A DNA stretch of 64,000 nt, from NCBI RefSeq assembly GCF_032191835.1, contig NC_083229.1, positions 87,296,001 to 87,360,000 of the forward strand, given 5' to 3'. This DNA is from Heteronotia binoei (taxonomy: Eukaryota). Below the pieces are notes generated by a model that saw only the letters and a program-made list of their open reading frames with translations, was not told the DNA's origin and made no database searches. Positions within the stretch are counted from its first letter, which is position 1. Each line of letters opens with the position of its first letter. Of this stretch, positions 11,338-23,301 are shown piece by piece. The position numbers were made by a program, and so were the translations under genes.

Positions 11338-13189
11338 CAGGGGTGGCCAAACTTGCTTAACGTAAGCAGGACCAGCACACCCACTAGGCGACCTTAGGAC
11401 GTCGCCTGGGGCAGTGGCGCTCAGTGGGGTGCTGAATTGGGTGCCCCCTTATGATTCACGACAGCAGGGGTGAGGGCAGGGGTTTGCCAGTGCTCAACAT
11501 GTCTGCCAGAGCATGCATCCTGGATGCGCCACAGCCAGGTGAGGAGGAGCGTGGTGGCTGCTTGGCTATGACAGGCTAGCAGCAGGTGCCCTTGTTAAGG
11601 CTGGCAACCCAAAAGTTCTGTCCTGAGTTGAGTGGGGGTGAGAGAGGGGGCTGCCGATGGGGAGACAGGCAGCCTTAAAGAGACTCACGTGGCAAGATGG
11701 AACCAAGGAAGCAGCAACCCAGGAGCAGAAGAGCCCCCTGTTGGATCTTGCCCAGCCACCTGCCCTTCTGCGGGTATGGGTGAGGTATAGTTAGGCTGCA
11801 CTTAATCCCCCCACAAGGGGCCGGAGAGGGAAGGGGAGCAGGGCTTGTGGCCCCTTAGACAGACACCAAGGCAGCCCTGCTGCTGCTCCCTCATTCCTCC
11901 CTGCCCTCATTTGCTTGGCCTCTAGTGACCAAGCCTAGCTGAGGCGAGGCTTCAGGAAGCACCACTGCAGCTGATCTTCACCAGTCCCCAGTCCAACTTT
12001 GGGAATGAGGGCAGGGGGGCAGCTGGACATTGGGGGGAGCCCACAGTGGTGCAAGGCTGGCTCTCCCTCCTCCTCTCTGAGCCCTCCCTGTGCTGGGTAT
12101 ATACTGGTGAGTCACGGCAGGGGGCCGAGGGATCGCTGGGCTGGTCTCGGGTGGGCAGCATTTGGCAAGGATGGACAGTGCTCTGCCTGGGGGAAGGAGA
12201 GGCTGGATCGGGGAGGCGAGAAGAAGTGTAGCCAGGACCTTCCTGCTCGTGGCCAGCTTGGGGGCTCTCCTGACATCACTGCTATTCTGGCTTCCTCATG
12301 CAGCTGAGTGGGACTGAGAGGGTGAGGGGATATTCATGAAGGCAGCTGATCCAGTTGGGTTGCCATAGGAACCACTGATGCTAACGGGCTCTGCCTACCT
12401 GAGCAGGGCCCCCAAAAAATTGCACGCTGGATATTGCTTCGTCTTTTTTAAGCAAATGCATTGTTTAGCTCTCCTTATGACCTCAATGATTTCCCCTCCC
12501 TGATTCATCCCTGGGCTTCTTGCATATAATTGCATTCAGATCCCAGACTCTGCACGTTCCTAGACTGAGCACGAACTCCAAGGTTGGAGGAACACGGTTT
12601 TAAATCAGTCTTCTTTGCTGGGTTATTCAGAAAACCAATAGGTGCACATTTAAAGCTGCCAATCACCCCACTCCCCAGTAAAAAACAAACTGGCAACTCA
12701 CACATTTAGAACTCCTTTTCAATCTTTACTCTAGAAGGCTAAGCGAGGCGCTGGGGCACTTGGCAAAGCTGGACAGCGCCCTGCCCAGGGGAAAGAGATG
12801 CTGGATCAGGGCAGGTGGGGAAGGAGCATGGCAGGAACTTCCTGCTCTCGGCCAGAGCTGCTGAGCTGTTGAGGGAGGAGCATAAAAACCTGGCACTGGC
12901 TCTGAATATAAGAGCTGCACTGAATAAATGGCAGACGTTTGAGAGCTGCAGGACAGGAAGAAAGGAAGGAAAATAGATGGGAGAGGGATGATGGAAGAAG
13001 AGGTGGAAAGAAAGCAACTTTAAATGCATTCTCCAAACCGCCAGTTGGCTTGGCTTGGAGAAGTGATTTAAAGAGAGAAATGCCTTCTCCAAGCTGACTG
13101 ATGGGGTGGTGGGGGCTTTGAATTGAGAACCACATAATATGTGTGAAAGAGCCACATGTGGCTCCTGAGCTGCAGTTTGGCCACCTCTG
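11338..13189. mobile_element. Non-autonomous hAT element (CAGGGGTGGCCAAAC TIR), host of a nested element
   Basis: TIRs CAGGGGTGGCCAAACT / AGTTTGGCCACCTCTG. 8-bp flanks ATTTAGAA / ATTTAGAG (7/8). Confidence 0.8.
11367..12904. mobile_element. Nested non-autonomous hAT-like element
   Basis: Ends CAGGACCAGC / GGCACTGGCTCTG. 8-bp flanks AACGTAAG (11359-11366) / AATATAAG (12905-12912). Host sequence resumes after the second flank. Confidence 0.65.
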
Positions 13190-13465
13190 ATTTAGAGCAT
13201 CGTCTTAGGCATACTGTATGTAGGAAGAAGGGGACACAGGGAGACATTCTCCATGTTTGGTCCCCAGTTCTAAAGTTGTCTTTTGCCTGTTTGACCGATG
13301 TCTGGAGACTTTCTCAAGGCACCATAAGACATTGTTTAGTAAATAATAGGTGGGATTTCAGTATATATTACATTTATTTTATAGTATTTGGATTTGTTTC
13401 TTTATAAAGTTATTGCCCACTGTAAACTTCTGATTTTAAGGTGTGTTATATAAACTTGATCTAGT

Positions 13466-13960
13466 CAGGGGTGTCAGACATGCAGTTTGAGGGCCAAATC
13501 AGGCCCCCGAGCAACTGGCTGTCATCTGCTTCGTTCTCCCTATATCTCGCTTCCTTCTGCATAACAGCTTGTTTTGCAAGTCTTGCTCAATTGCACAGGA
13601 ACTACAGAGCAAAACTTCTGTTTTCTCCATTGGTTGAGGCTCCTTCCTTGGGGAGGAAGGGGGAAGACAGAGCTTGCTTTACCAGGCTCTTCCAATTGCA
13701 TAGCAGAGCTACTGAGCCAAACCTCTCTTCCTTCTATTGGCTGAGACTCCTCTTCCCCCCCACCCCACCCCCCATCCCCTGGGGAAGGAAGGAAAGAGCC
13801 AGAGCTTCCTTATAAAATTTATATCTCTGCTGCCTAATCTTAAAGAGGTACCCACATGGTCCGGCCCGACATGGCTCAGCCCAACCTGACATAGCCCGGC
13901 CCAACAAGGTCTCATTTATGTCAGATCTGGCCCTCATAACAAATGAGTTTGACACCCCTG
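13466..13960. mobile_element. Non-autonomous hAT (Charlie-like) element
   Basis: TIRs CAGGGGTGTCA / TGACACCCCTG. Flanks ATCTAG-T / ATCTAGAT (NTCTAGAN-type target). Confidence 0.8.
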
Positions 13961-14056
13961 ATCTAGATGACAGCTCTCCAAATAAAAAAGCCACAAAAGT
14001 GTATTGTAAATTTAGTTGGCTAACATCCTCTATAATTCATTCTTAATATTTTAAAG

Positions 14057-14406
14057 GAATTAAATCAAAAGTGGATGAGCTAAAAGCAGCCTATGATCGT
14101 GAAGAATCTCCAAACTTAGAGGAATATGAGCCCAACACTGTAGCCAGCTTGTTGAAGCAGTACCTGCGAGAACTGCCTGAAAATTTGCTTACCAAAGAGC
14201 TTATGCCACGTTTTGAAGATGCCTGCGGGAAGAGCATAGAGGCTGAGAAAGTGCAAGAATGCCAGCGCCTCCTGAAAGAGCTGCCAGAGTACAACCAGCT
14301 GATGATTTCCTGGCTGGTTGTGCACATGGACCACGTCATTGCAAAAGAACTGGAAACAAAAATGAACATCCAGAACATTTCCATAGTGCTCAGCCCTACT
14401 GTTCAG
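14057..14406 (+). CDS. RALBP1: RALBP1 coding exon 3 (RhoGAP: GIKSKVDELKAAYDREE...NISIVLSPTVQ)
   Basis: Acceptor aaAG at 14056, donor CAG|GTACAT. Typical RhoGAP sequence. Confidence 0.97.
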
Positions 14407-15144
14407 GTACATACATTCTGCTTAATCTGGGGTGCTTTCTGATATGGTGATTGAAATCACTCTACCCAGTATTCTGCATATGTCATAAGTGGTCCAGAAG
14501 CCCTAAATATCCGTGATGCAATTCTGTTGTTGAAATGAAGCAGGTCTGGGTGGGAGATTCCTCGGAACCATATTTTGAGGAAGAGAGGCATTAAGTGAAA
14601 TTAATGAATTGGAATCCACATAAATCATTAGAGTTGGCAGCAGCAACAGGCTAACAAGACCGCTTTTGGCTCACCCATTGATTTCCCAGTTTTAGTTTGT
14701 ATAATTCAGGCCTGTGTGGCACTCCTAGAGAGCAGGTGTTCCAATCTGCAGACCTCGTAATCAGGCAGGTGAGCCAAGCCACCCACTCACTCTGGAACAG
14801 ACTCTGGGTGAATCCTTTAATTTTAACTTCACCTTGGGAAAGAGAATGAGACAAAGTGAACTCTTGATTTGATTATTTAATATTTAATGAATATTTAATA
14901 TTTAATGAAAGTATAATATCCTTCTTACAAAATTTTAGAGGTTCACACCTCAGTTGCCTTTCCTTCCAAGTCTGCTGCTTAGCACATCTGAGTCTTCTGT
15001 GCGTACCTTTTGATATCCTTTTCAATTGCTGAAACTTTCAAAATTGAAGCAACCATCTTCACACTGATTAATTTAGCTTTTAATATCTGATGGGTTCAAA
15101 AGTGGAGGCCGCTATCTTTAATGTCCCTATAATAGACTTTTTAT

Positions 15145-18100
15145 TGATTTATTTATTAATTTGATTTATATCCCGCCCTCCCCTCCGAGGCGGGCTCAGG
15201 GCAGCTTACAACATGAAATTCAAAACAATAAGGTTAATAAATTTTAAAATACATTGAATAATTTACAGCAGTTAAAACAAGAAAACGATCTAACAGTGTG
15301 GTGCTATTCTACAACCTTCCTTCGCAGTCTTTAGGTTCCAGTCACTTATATGCCAACCAGAAGAGGACTGTCTTACAGGCCTTGCGGAACTGCCCAAGGT
15401 TCCGCAAGGCCCTCACCTCTTCCAGTAGCTGGTTCCACCAGCAGGGGGCTGTAATTGAAAAGGCCCTATCCCTGGTTGACTTCAGACGGGCCTCCTTCGG
15501 CCCGGGGATTACTAGCAGATTTTGGGAACCAGATCTAAGCACTCTCTGGGGAACATGTGGGGAGAGAGACGGTCCCTAAGATAGGTAGGTCCTAGGCCAT
15601 ATAGGGCTTTAAAGGTGATAACCAGCACCTTGTACCGAACCCGGTATATTATTGGCAGCCAGTGAAGTCCCCAGAGCCTTGGCTGAATGTGCTCCCACCT
15701 GGAGAGCCCTAATAACAGCCGGGCGGTGGCATTCTGCACTAGCTGCAACTTCCGGCTTCGGCACAGGGGCAGCCCCATGTAGAGGGCATTACAGTAGTCC
15801 AACCTCGAGATGACAGTTGCATGGATCACTGTTGCCAGATTGCTCCAGGAAAGGACCCAACTGCCTCGCCCTCCTAAGATGAAAGAATGTGGACTTAGCA
15901 GTGGCTGTTATCTGGGCCTCCATTGTCAGGGCACGCTCCAATAGTACCCCCAAGCTCTTGACCCTGTGTGCCATTGTCAGTGGCATACCGTCAAAGGCTG
16001 GTAGGGGAATTTCCCTTCCTGGACCACGTCGACCCAAGTCTGTCTTCACTGGATTTAGTTTCAATCTACTCAGCCTAAGCCATCTAGCCACGGCTTATAA
16101 AGCCAGGTCCAGATTTTCTGGGACACAGTCAGGCCGGCCGTCCATTAGTAGATAGAGCTGGGTGTCATCAGCATACTGGTGACAACTCAACCCATACCTC
16201 CAGGCAATCTGGGCAAGGGGGCGCATGTAGATGTTGAACAACATCGGGGAAAGCAACGCCCCCTGAGGCAACCCACAATCAAGCGTGTGTCTCCGGGACA
16301 GTTCACCCCCAATCGCCACCCTTTGTTTCCGACCATCAAGGAAAGAGGAAAGCCATTGTAAGGCCAACCTCTGAATCCCTGCGTTGGTGAGACGGCAAGT
16401 CAGCAACCGATGGTGAACCGTATCAAACGCTGCCGATAGGTCTAACAACATCAGTACCGCCGAGCCACCTCAGTCCCGATGCCGCTGAAGGTCATCCACC
16501 AGAGCAACCAGCACTGTCTCCGTCCCATGGCCCGGGCGAAAGCCGGACTGATGGGGATCGAGAAGCATCCTCCAGAAAACTCTGTAACTGCAATGCCACT
16601 GCCCTCTCAATAATTTTACCCAAAAAGGGTAAATTTGAGACCGGCCGATAATGTGCCAATTCGGCCGGATCTAGCGTCAATTTTTTCAGGAGAGGGCGGA
16701 CCACCACCTCTTTAAGAGGTGCTGGAAAACGCCCTTCCATAAGGGATCTATTCATGATATCCCGTACAGGATATCTGAGCTCCTTCTGGCAAGCTTTGAT
16801 AAGCCAGGAGGGGCAAGGGTCCAGATCACAAGTTGTAGGGCGTGCAGACAAGAGGATTCTGTCAGCTTCCTCTATTGAAACAATCCAGAACACAATCAGA
16901 ACACAGGCACGGGGCCTCGGGTTCGCATACTGTCTCTCCAATGTCTCGCATACTGTCTCTCCAATGTGGCAGGGGAGGTCGTGGCGGAGCAACGCAATCT
17001 TATCTGCAAAGAAATTCGCAAAAGGCTCACAGCTGATCTCCAATTCCTTAGAGTTTGGTCTGCCTCGTGGCAGCGTTGTAAGAGTCCGAATTGTATTGAA
17101 CAATTGTGCTGGGCGCGAAATTGCAGACGCAATCTTAGCCGCAAATTATGTTTTCTTTGTGGCTTTGACTGCCATCTCATAGGACCTCATAAACTCTCTA
17201 TAAGATGTTCTAGTCGCTTCGTCTTGAATACGCCGCCATTGCCTCTCTAGACGTCTGAGTCCTCACTTTAATTGCTGCAACTCCTGGTTATACCAAGGTG
17301 CCGGCTTTTGGCGAGGGTGCAAAGGACACCTAGATGCGATCTCGTCGATGGCTTTGAAGAGTCTGTCATTCCAAGACTCCGCCAGGTCATCCAAGGAATC
17401 ACCAGGGGGCCAGGGATCCCGTAAAGCCATCTGGAACCATTCCAGATCCATCTGGCTCCGCAGGCGAGCTAAAATACGCTCTCCGCCTTAACGGGCTTGG
17501 GGTGGGACATCCATACGAGCCTTGAGGGTGTAGTGGTCCGACCATGGCACTGCTTCAGCAGTAATATCGTCCACTAAAACTCCCGCCGCAAAGACCAAGT
17601 CTAACATGTGCCCCGCCTGGTGAGTAGACGTAACAATTTGGGAGAGTCTTAGAGTCGCCATGGATGACACTAGGTCCATCGCCTGACTGGAGGTTGCGTC
17701 ATCGGCATGGGCATTGAAGTCACCCAGGATCAAAAGCCTTGGGTACTCCAATGCCCAGCCTGTTGCGGCCTCCATCAGGGATGGTAAGGCGCCAGCTGGT
17801 GCGTTAGGCGGTCGGTACACCAGCCAGATCACCAACCCCTCCCCAGCATCCCACGCCGGACTGGCACATTCAATGCCCTTGGTCTTCGGGACCGGGAGAG
17901 CCCAGAAGGAGTAAGCCTCTCATATGAATAGAGCCACCCCTCCCTCCCCGCCCGCTAGTCCGTGACTGGTGAAAGACCGAGTATCCTGGGGGAGCCATCT
18001 GGGAGAGAGCTACGGTCTCCCCATCATGCACCCAGGTCTCAGTCATGCATGCCAGGTCCACATCCTGAAGGGTAGAGGTCTTATTGTTTATGGACCTGGC

Positions 18101-19343
18101 ATTGCATAACACCAGTGACGGAGGCGAGTAGTTCAACCTGGCCCCACTACTTGCCACTGTCGGGATGAGACACAGGCTGGAAGGGGGTCGAGCACTGTCA
18201 TGTCTCGGCCTCCTTCCCTTATAATTCTGCCTGTTCCCACCGTCATACCTTCCCCTCCCCAAGAGTACTGGCATCCCCAGGCCAGTCATCTCCTGCCGGT
18301 GTCCACCACAGCTTCAGACCAGTGAAATAAGCTGAACCTACTCCCACCTCAACCCTCCCTTCTCTAGCCAATCTATCAATTCCCAATTTAAGCTGACCTG
18401 CCAATAGTATCTAATACTTATTTAGTTAAAAAAAAACCCACCCCAAGCCTACCCATTAATTCTTTAGCTAGAAATAATTGACTCCATTGGCTCCTTAATT
18501 ATAAAACCCTCCCAATCAATTACCCTTCTCCAATTAATTTGCCACAAATACAATTTCCTCAATTAATTAAACAGTAATCTAATTTAAATAACCAATAAAT
18601 TATTAACAATCTATTTAATTGTCAGCAGTCCAATTCTGTTAATATGTTGACAGTTAGGATCAACTAGAGTTAAAAGGAGTTAAAGGGGGTTTGAAAGAAC
18701 TGAATAAAGCGCTGCAGTATTTAAAATATCGATGACCGTAAAGTGCAAGTGTTCTTGTTCCTGGGGCGTGGTCATACCCAGGGGTGCAATAGTGCTGTCT
18801 GACTAGCCTGAGGCAGCTCATCGCACAATCTAGGGGACCCAGGGGGGTGCGAGCCTCCCTGTGCCCCTCCAGTCGCGTAGTCGAGCCTCTCAGGGACCCA
18901 GAAAATCACAGGCGTCACACATTAGCCTGCAGATATCTCAGCCCCACCAGGAGATCTTCTAGCCGCACCAACTCTCCGCTTGCTGCTGGTCTTTTCCTGC
19001 CTGTTCCGGCTCCCCAGCTCTTAGTCCATGGCGTGGTCATCCCCATGGCGCGTATCCAGCTCACCCCGCAAACCCACCGGCCACGGCAACGCGGGGGCGG
19101 GGAAAGGGAGGGATAGGAGCCGTCGTCCCGTCACCTCTCCGAACAGCTTGACCGCCACCGTCCTCCGGCCTCCCGCTGGCGTCCTCCGGCTTCCCAACCC
19201 CAGTTTCTCACACTCCGCACTCGACTCTCACTCCGCACTCGACTCCAGCCGCCGCACCTCTGATTCATCTAGCATGTTGGCCATGGGAGCTAAGGTTTGT
19301 TCCCCCCCGCTCCATCTCCACTTTTGCTTTAAAAGCATGCAGA
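15145..19343 (-). mobile_element. Apparently full-length L2-clade LINE with inactivated APE-RT ORF (~18289->15250)
   Basis: APE motifs CNARSINNK, LACMTETW, GDFNAH, SDHY. RT motifs LLDLSAAFDTV, GLPQGALLSPMLFNIYM, YADDTQLY. Many stops and frameshifts. 3' tail (AATA)n at ~15145-15165, CpG-rich 5' region ~18770-19330, candidate TSD AGACTTTTTAT at 15134-15144 / 19344-19354. Confidence 0.9.
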
Positions 19344-20529
19344 AGACTTTTTATGATGGGTTAACTGGTATTGTACTCTGGCTATGTCCTGAGATCTGAG
19401 GATTTATATGTCTGAACATGTGTGTTGGGGGGTGGTTCTGTTCTCTTGGTCACCTTGGTCCTAGGATGCCATCTAATTAACCTTAATGGGAAGGAGTGGG
19501 GGGGGGGGGTTGAGTTCACCAAATTCTTCATCTCCCTTCTTCTAGGGCTTGGTTTAAGTAGATGGGGGTTCCTCCCAGACCTTTTAAAGGCAGTATTGCA
19601 ACTCATGCATGCCAGCAGTAACTTTGCTTGTAAATGCATCTGGGCTGAATCCCCAGGCTTTCCCTGGAGACACTGTTTATCAGCTGTAGTGCTGCTGCTG
19701 GCTCCTTAAAGGGGCAGTCCTTAAAGATGCAGCAACCTTGTTGCTGTTGGAGAGTTGGTGTTGGAGAGTCCCCTGTTCCCAGACAGTCTGCTATGCTTTA
19801 TACCCTACCTGAGCTGGATGGTCACAGTGTAACTGGCAAATTTAATCACCTACTATGAGTCATGCTGATAAAATATTTGAGTAGGTGAATTTGTGGTACT
19901 TGTAACATCTTGCATGCTTGGGTACTGTCAAAACCTTGAGAAAATGATATACATAAACAGTGTTAACTATGTTCAGTAAAATGTTCCAGAATCGCACTTC
20001 TTAAAAAGTTAAACCGACAAACTTTGTTCATTGATTGTATAATTAAAAGCCTATGCTCCTTTCATTCAATTTACAATTCAGTTGCCTAATCATGTACTGA
20101 AGCCTAGATTACTGGCAACTGTTACATCTTCCTACCTAACATCTTGGTGACATCATAGCAGTTCAGCCAATAGCATAAAGAGAAATAAGATAGTTAACAA
20201 TAAAGCAGTAACAAAGATTAGAAGATGGGGAAATTCTGTACAGCAAATGAGGCAATTTATGTACAAAAGCTTAAAATTCCCAGCCATTTCATATTTTCCT
20301 CTGGGTATTAGACTTAAAGCATTGACCATGAGATTTCTGTAATGAATGTCAGTACATTAAAAAAAAAAAGGTTTGCAACCTACAGATACATATCTGAACA
20401 ACACCTCTGAACAGCATACTCAAGATTGCTACAGCACAGATATTGTCTGCAGATTCTGTTGCAGTAATTCAAAGCAAGAGGTGTTGGTTATCAGAGATAA
20501 ATAAACAAAATATTGCAAGAGTGCTAATC

Positions 20530-20693
20530 TTTTAAGCATGTTTTAAGTTTAAAAAAAATCTTTGTGTTTGTGTGTGTCCTTTGTAAAGTTTTCTCTCTCT
20601 GCTACCTGGCATTACATTTTATGACACACATCGCCTGACAAGGTCTCATTTATGTCAGATCCGGCCCTCATAAAAAATGAGTTTGATACCCCT
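20530..20693. mobile_element. Truncated end fragment of the 13466-13960 hAT family
   Basis: CAAGGTCTCATTTATGTCAGATC.GGCCCTCATAA.AAATGAGTTTGA.ACCCCTG matches ~13905-13960. Left boundary approximate. Confidence 0.7.
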
Positions 20694-21490
20694 GGTGTAA
20701 TCACTTGGTTCAGTGCTGAACAAAACCTTTGGGATGAAATTACTATTTTTGTCAATTAGTGTCAATAACTAAAATAATTTGATTATGTTATACTACAGCC
20801 TTCATTTAAATGCCTTCCATTCTTTGTTACAATTTAAACAGTTTCCAGTTCAGTACAGGAGTCCAGGTGGAATTTGTTTTAGAAGTTGTATGATGATTTT
20901 TTTGGGATTCAGTGTCAATGAGGCCCCTTTGGGAAGTTTGCTCTGTCAACTATAAATAAATGCAACATGGTCAAGCCCTGTCAAGTCTTGTTGCATATAT
21001 AGGATTAAGATATCAAATGTAACTACATTCATCTTTTTCTTTTGATTTCAGACTTCTAGAGGTTGATATGACAGCTAGTTATCAAAACATATCAAATTTC
21101 AAGACAAGTAATTCTTTTTGACTGTTTCCCCATGTTGTTCAATACTCCTGACAATAAATGGAAGATATTTTAGATCTGTTGGAATAACTGCAATAGAGTA
21201 TTGGAAAGGGCAGGTTTATCATGTCACCTTGTGAAATACAATACATTACTAAAAGTCTTTGTAAATAAGATCTCATGGGATTATAGTTTAATGGAATTGT
21301 CAAGATTATCACATTTCGAAAATATTTTGCGTTCTGAGCTCCCTAATACATTGGGATATGACGCAGGCATCAGCTAACATAAACCCTATGGTAAATCTTA
21401 AAATATAAAGCCAAATCATGTAGAAAAGAGAAAGATTATAAGAAAGGTTCTTGCAAAGGTTCTTACATTGCAGCACAGACAAAGTTGCAA

Positions 21491-21590
21491 GGAAAATGTG
21501 GAATGGACTTTCCATTAAGGGCTCTGGGCCCAGATAGAGCAGTCTATCTGGGTGCAGAGACCTTAATGGAAAACCCATTTCTCATTTTCC
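21491..21590. repeat. 100-nt imperfect inverted repeat (48-bp arms, 4-nt loop)
   Basis: Inner arms 21503-21538 and 21543-21578 match 31/36. Outer GGAAAATG / CATTTTCC. Confidence 0.85.
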
Positions 21591-21645
21591 TCCCAGCTTT
21601 GCAAGCCCGGAATAGTTTCCAGCTGAAGCAGGCAAAGACAAGGCA

Positions 21646-22559
21646 TATGGCTGCCAAGCCCCTGGTCCAGGTGGGGAATCCCCTGCCTGGGAGGTTCCCA
21701 ACCCGCCAGCCCACATTGGGCCAGCAGGGGGAACCTCCCCCTATATTGCTGGCATGATGACATCACCCAGAAGTGATGTCATCAAAATGGCGGCACCCAA
21801 GTAAGGCTGCTCTAGGCGTTTCTGGGAAAACGCTATGGTTTTCGCTGACGCTTTAGCCATTTGGGAGGGAAAACTCTGTGGTACAATAGGCACCATAGAG
21901 TTTTTATCTCCCAAATGGCTAGAGCGTCCAGGAAAACCATAGAGTTTACCTGTAAACACCTAGAGCGGCCCTGCACAGGTGCCACCATTTTGATGACATC
22001 ACTTCTGGGTGACGTCATTGCATTGCGCATGCTCAAAAGTCCACCGTACGGGAAGCTGGGGACTTGGTAACCCTGCTGCTTGGCTGATTTCCGTTGCATG
22101 CTCTGCCATTTGGTTTGTTTCATGCATTGCAGTTTTTAAGTGATCTATATCCAGTTTAACTGGTTGCAGGACGTCATCGACTGCTTCTTTTATGTACAAA
22201 CGCAGGTCCTCCTTAAGCTCCTTAAGATCTTGTTTTGTAAGGGTATTGGAGTCTTGCATTGTTTGCTCTTTATCTCCGTCGTTTCCTTCATTAATGGTTG
22301 GCGCCATTTTTAACTGCTCTTGTGTAGAGGGGGGTTGAGATTTTCCCTGCTCCTCAGGCCAAAAGAATTCTTCAACTGTTGTTGGTCGTAAGTTTCTGGC
22401 GTTCTTTTTAACTGCTGATTTCCTGTGTTTGTTTTTATTCATCTCTCTCGGTCCGATCTATGGCAGTTTGATTTAATGCTGGGAAAGTGGGAGCCCGCTC
22501 AAAAGTATGCGTCCGCCATTGTCAAGCGACGCCCCGCCCCTGGGGACTTGGTAACCCTA
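21646..22559. mobile_element. hAT-type MITE with palindromic core, carrying an L1/Tx1-like insert near its right end
   Basis: TIR-like TATGGCTGCCAAG / TTGGTAACCCTA. Perfect 8-bp TSD ACAAGGCA at 21638-21645 and 22560-22567. Confidence 0.85.
22075..22539 (-). mobile_element. 5'-only fragment of an L1/Tx1-like LINE: CpG-rich 5' leader plus first ~122 codons of a coiled-coil ORF1-like protein
   Basis: Minus strand starts GGGCGGGGCGTCG...ATGGCGG. ATG at 22442, open through 22075 (MNKNKHRK...DLKELKEDLRLYIKEAVDDVLQPVKLDIDHLKTAMHETNQMAEHA). Flanked by 19-bp direct repeats at 22056-22074 / 22540-22558. L1/Tx1 assignment is by resemblance only. Confidence 0.65.
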
Positions 22560-23139
22560 ACAAGGCAGAAGGAGCTGGGAACATTTTTTGGCAGCCTCTG
22601 AGTTTTAAAGGGTGAGGGCAGGAGGGGGAGGAGGGGGGAGAAAATTGCTGCAGGCCTGATTGAAGCTCTGGGTGGGCCAGGTGTGGCCAACGGGCTGGGA
22701 GTTTGACAACCTTGATCCAGTGTTTATAGTTTTGGATATCTGTTTAATCCTGCAGTTGTAGTACTATTGAGTTGTCAGTATTTCCTGCAAATAACCTTGG
22801 GGAAAAAGTATGTAACATGTTAAGGATGGAAGCATTGTCCATTGTAAGGATTGTATGTGAGTGTGTGCAAGTCACAGTGTAATGAAGGAGAAGAAAATAA
22901 AGAATGAGCAATAGTTAAATAATTTTAGGCTTAATCATATCTGAAAAGCAGATATGATTTCAAGCAACACTGTTTCCAGACAGGTCAGCTAGTTCAAGCG
23001 AGAATGGTGTTTGCAAAAGATTAAGAAACTGGTTGCATGACTTCGGTATTGTAGAGTTCTCTGGTATCCATAAAACAGATGTTTACAAACATTTGGTTGC
23101 TCCTCTCTGAAGTGGTGTTATGACTTTGTGTTTTCTCAG

Positions 23140-23301
23140 ATCAGCAACCGTGTCCTGTATGTTTTTTTTACTCACGTTCAAGAGTTCTTTGGAAATGTGA
23201 CTCTGAAGCCGGTGACAAAGCCTCTTCGTTGGTCTAACATGGCAACAATGCCAGCATTGCCAGAAACCCAAGAAAGCATCAAAGAAGAAATTAGACGCCA
23301 A
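23140..23301 (+). CDS. RALBP1: RALBP1 coding exon 4 (ISNRVLYVFF...SIKEEIRRQ)
   Basis: Acceptor ctcAG at 23139, donor CAA|GTAGGC. 162 nt, phase 0-0. Confidence 0.96.

Noticed and set aside
18847-19399. Plus-strand ORFs (89 and 123 aa) as a gene or LINE ORF1
   Set aside because: They are on the wrong strand for the LINE, GC-rich and low-complexity, with no domain motifs. This is expected by chance in a CpG-rich leader.
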